Assembly: GCA_963720545.1 (NCBI GenBank)
Contig: OY970399.1
Span: 1,408,001-1,472,000, forward strand
Direction: 5' to 3'
DNA: 64,000 bases
Origin: an uncultured Acidobacteriota bacterium
GTDB taxonomy: Bacteria; Acidobacteriota; Vicinamibacteria; Fen-336
The translations under genes and the position numbers were made by a program. The stretch's first letter is position 1; each line of letters opens with the position of its first letter. Shown here one piece after another: positions 63,937-64,000 of this stretch. A model generated the notes under the pieces. That model was not told where the DNA came from and did no database searches. It worked only from the letters and a program-made list of their open reading frames with translations.

Positions 63937-64000
63937 CTGAAGCTGAAAGTTCTCGGTTGCTACGGCGGAACCGTACCTGGGAAAGGCATGACCTCGTTCC
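63937..64000 (+). CDS. 5' end of a probable class II cyclic-nucleotide phosphodiesterase / MBL-fold hydrolase (partial)
   Basis: (M)KLKVLGCYGGTVPGKGMTSF resembles the VLGCxGG...TSF N-terminus of that family; only 21 codons visible; CTG 63937 or TTG 63910 start. Confidence 0.55.
   Translation, partial: MKLKVLGCYGGTVPGKGMTSF

Overview
This is a very GC-rich, gene-dense bacterial chromosome segment (roughly 70% GC by eye, not computed). It holds about 54 protein genes; I found no tRNA, rRNA, CRISPR array or mobile element. The gene set (GWxTD-like, PEGA, DUF2911, DUF4388, tandem S9 peptidases, lone gatB) suggests Acidobacteriota, possibly Vicinamibacteria, which is an inference. Most of it is housekeeping: lpxB, a ~15 kb minus-strand string (acyl-CoA dehydrogenase-meaB-mce-thrA-asd-thrB-thrC-MBL hydrolase-mtnP-pfkB-membrane protein-PurD-like ligase-metallohydrolase), mtgA, ltaE, gatB, methylmalonyl-CoA mutase, eno, glgC, a sigma54 two-component system, three GT4 glycosyltransferases, pta, rpsU, rsmI, purD-purE and an OPT transporter. 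The best candidate for something new is missing from the ORF track: a ~170-nt minus-strand unit at 63560-63764. It has a sigma70 promoter, an 18-nt stretch complementary to the 16S rRNA 3' end, a 16-codon ORF and an intrinsic terminator. Other signals: frequent apparently leaderless genes, a structured rpsU leader that hides its own SD, two sigma54 promoters, a divergent second PurD-like ligase, a frameshifted rsmI and probable CTG starts. All calls come from reading motifs by eye; no searches were run.
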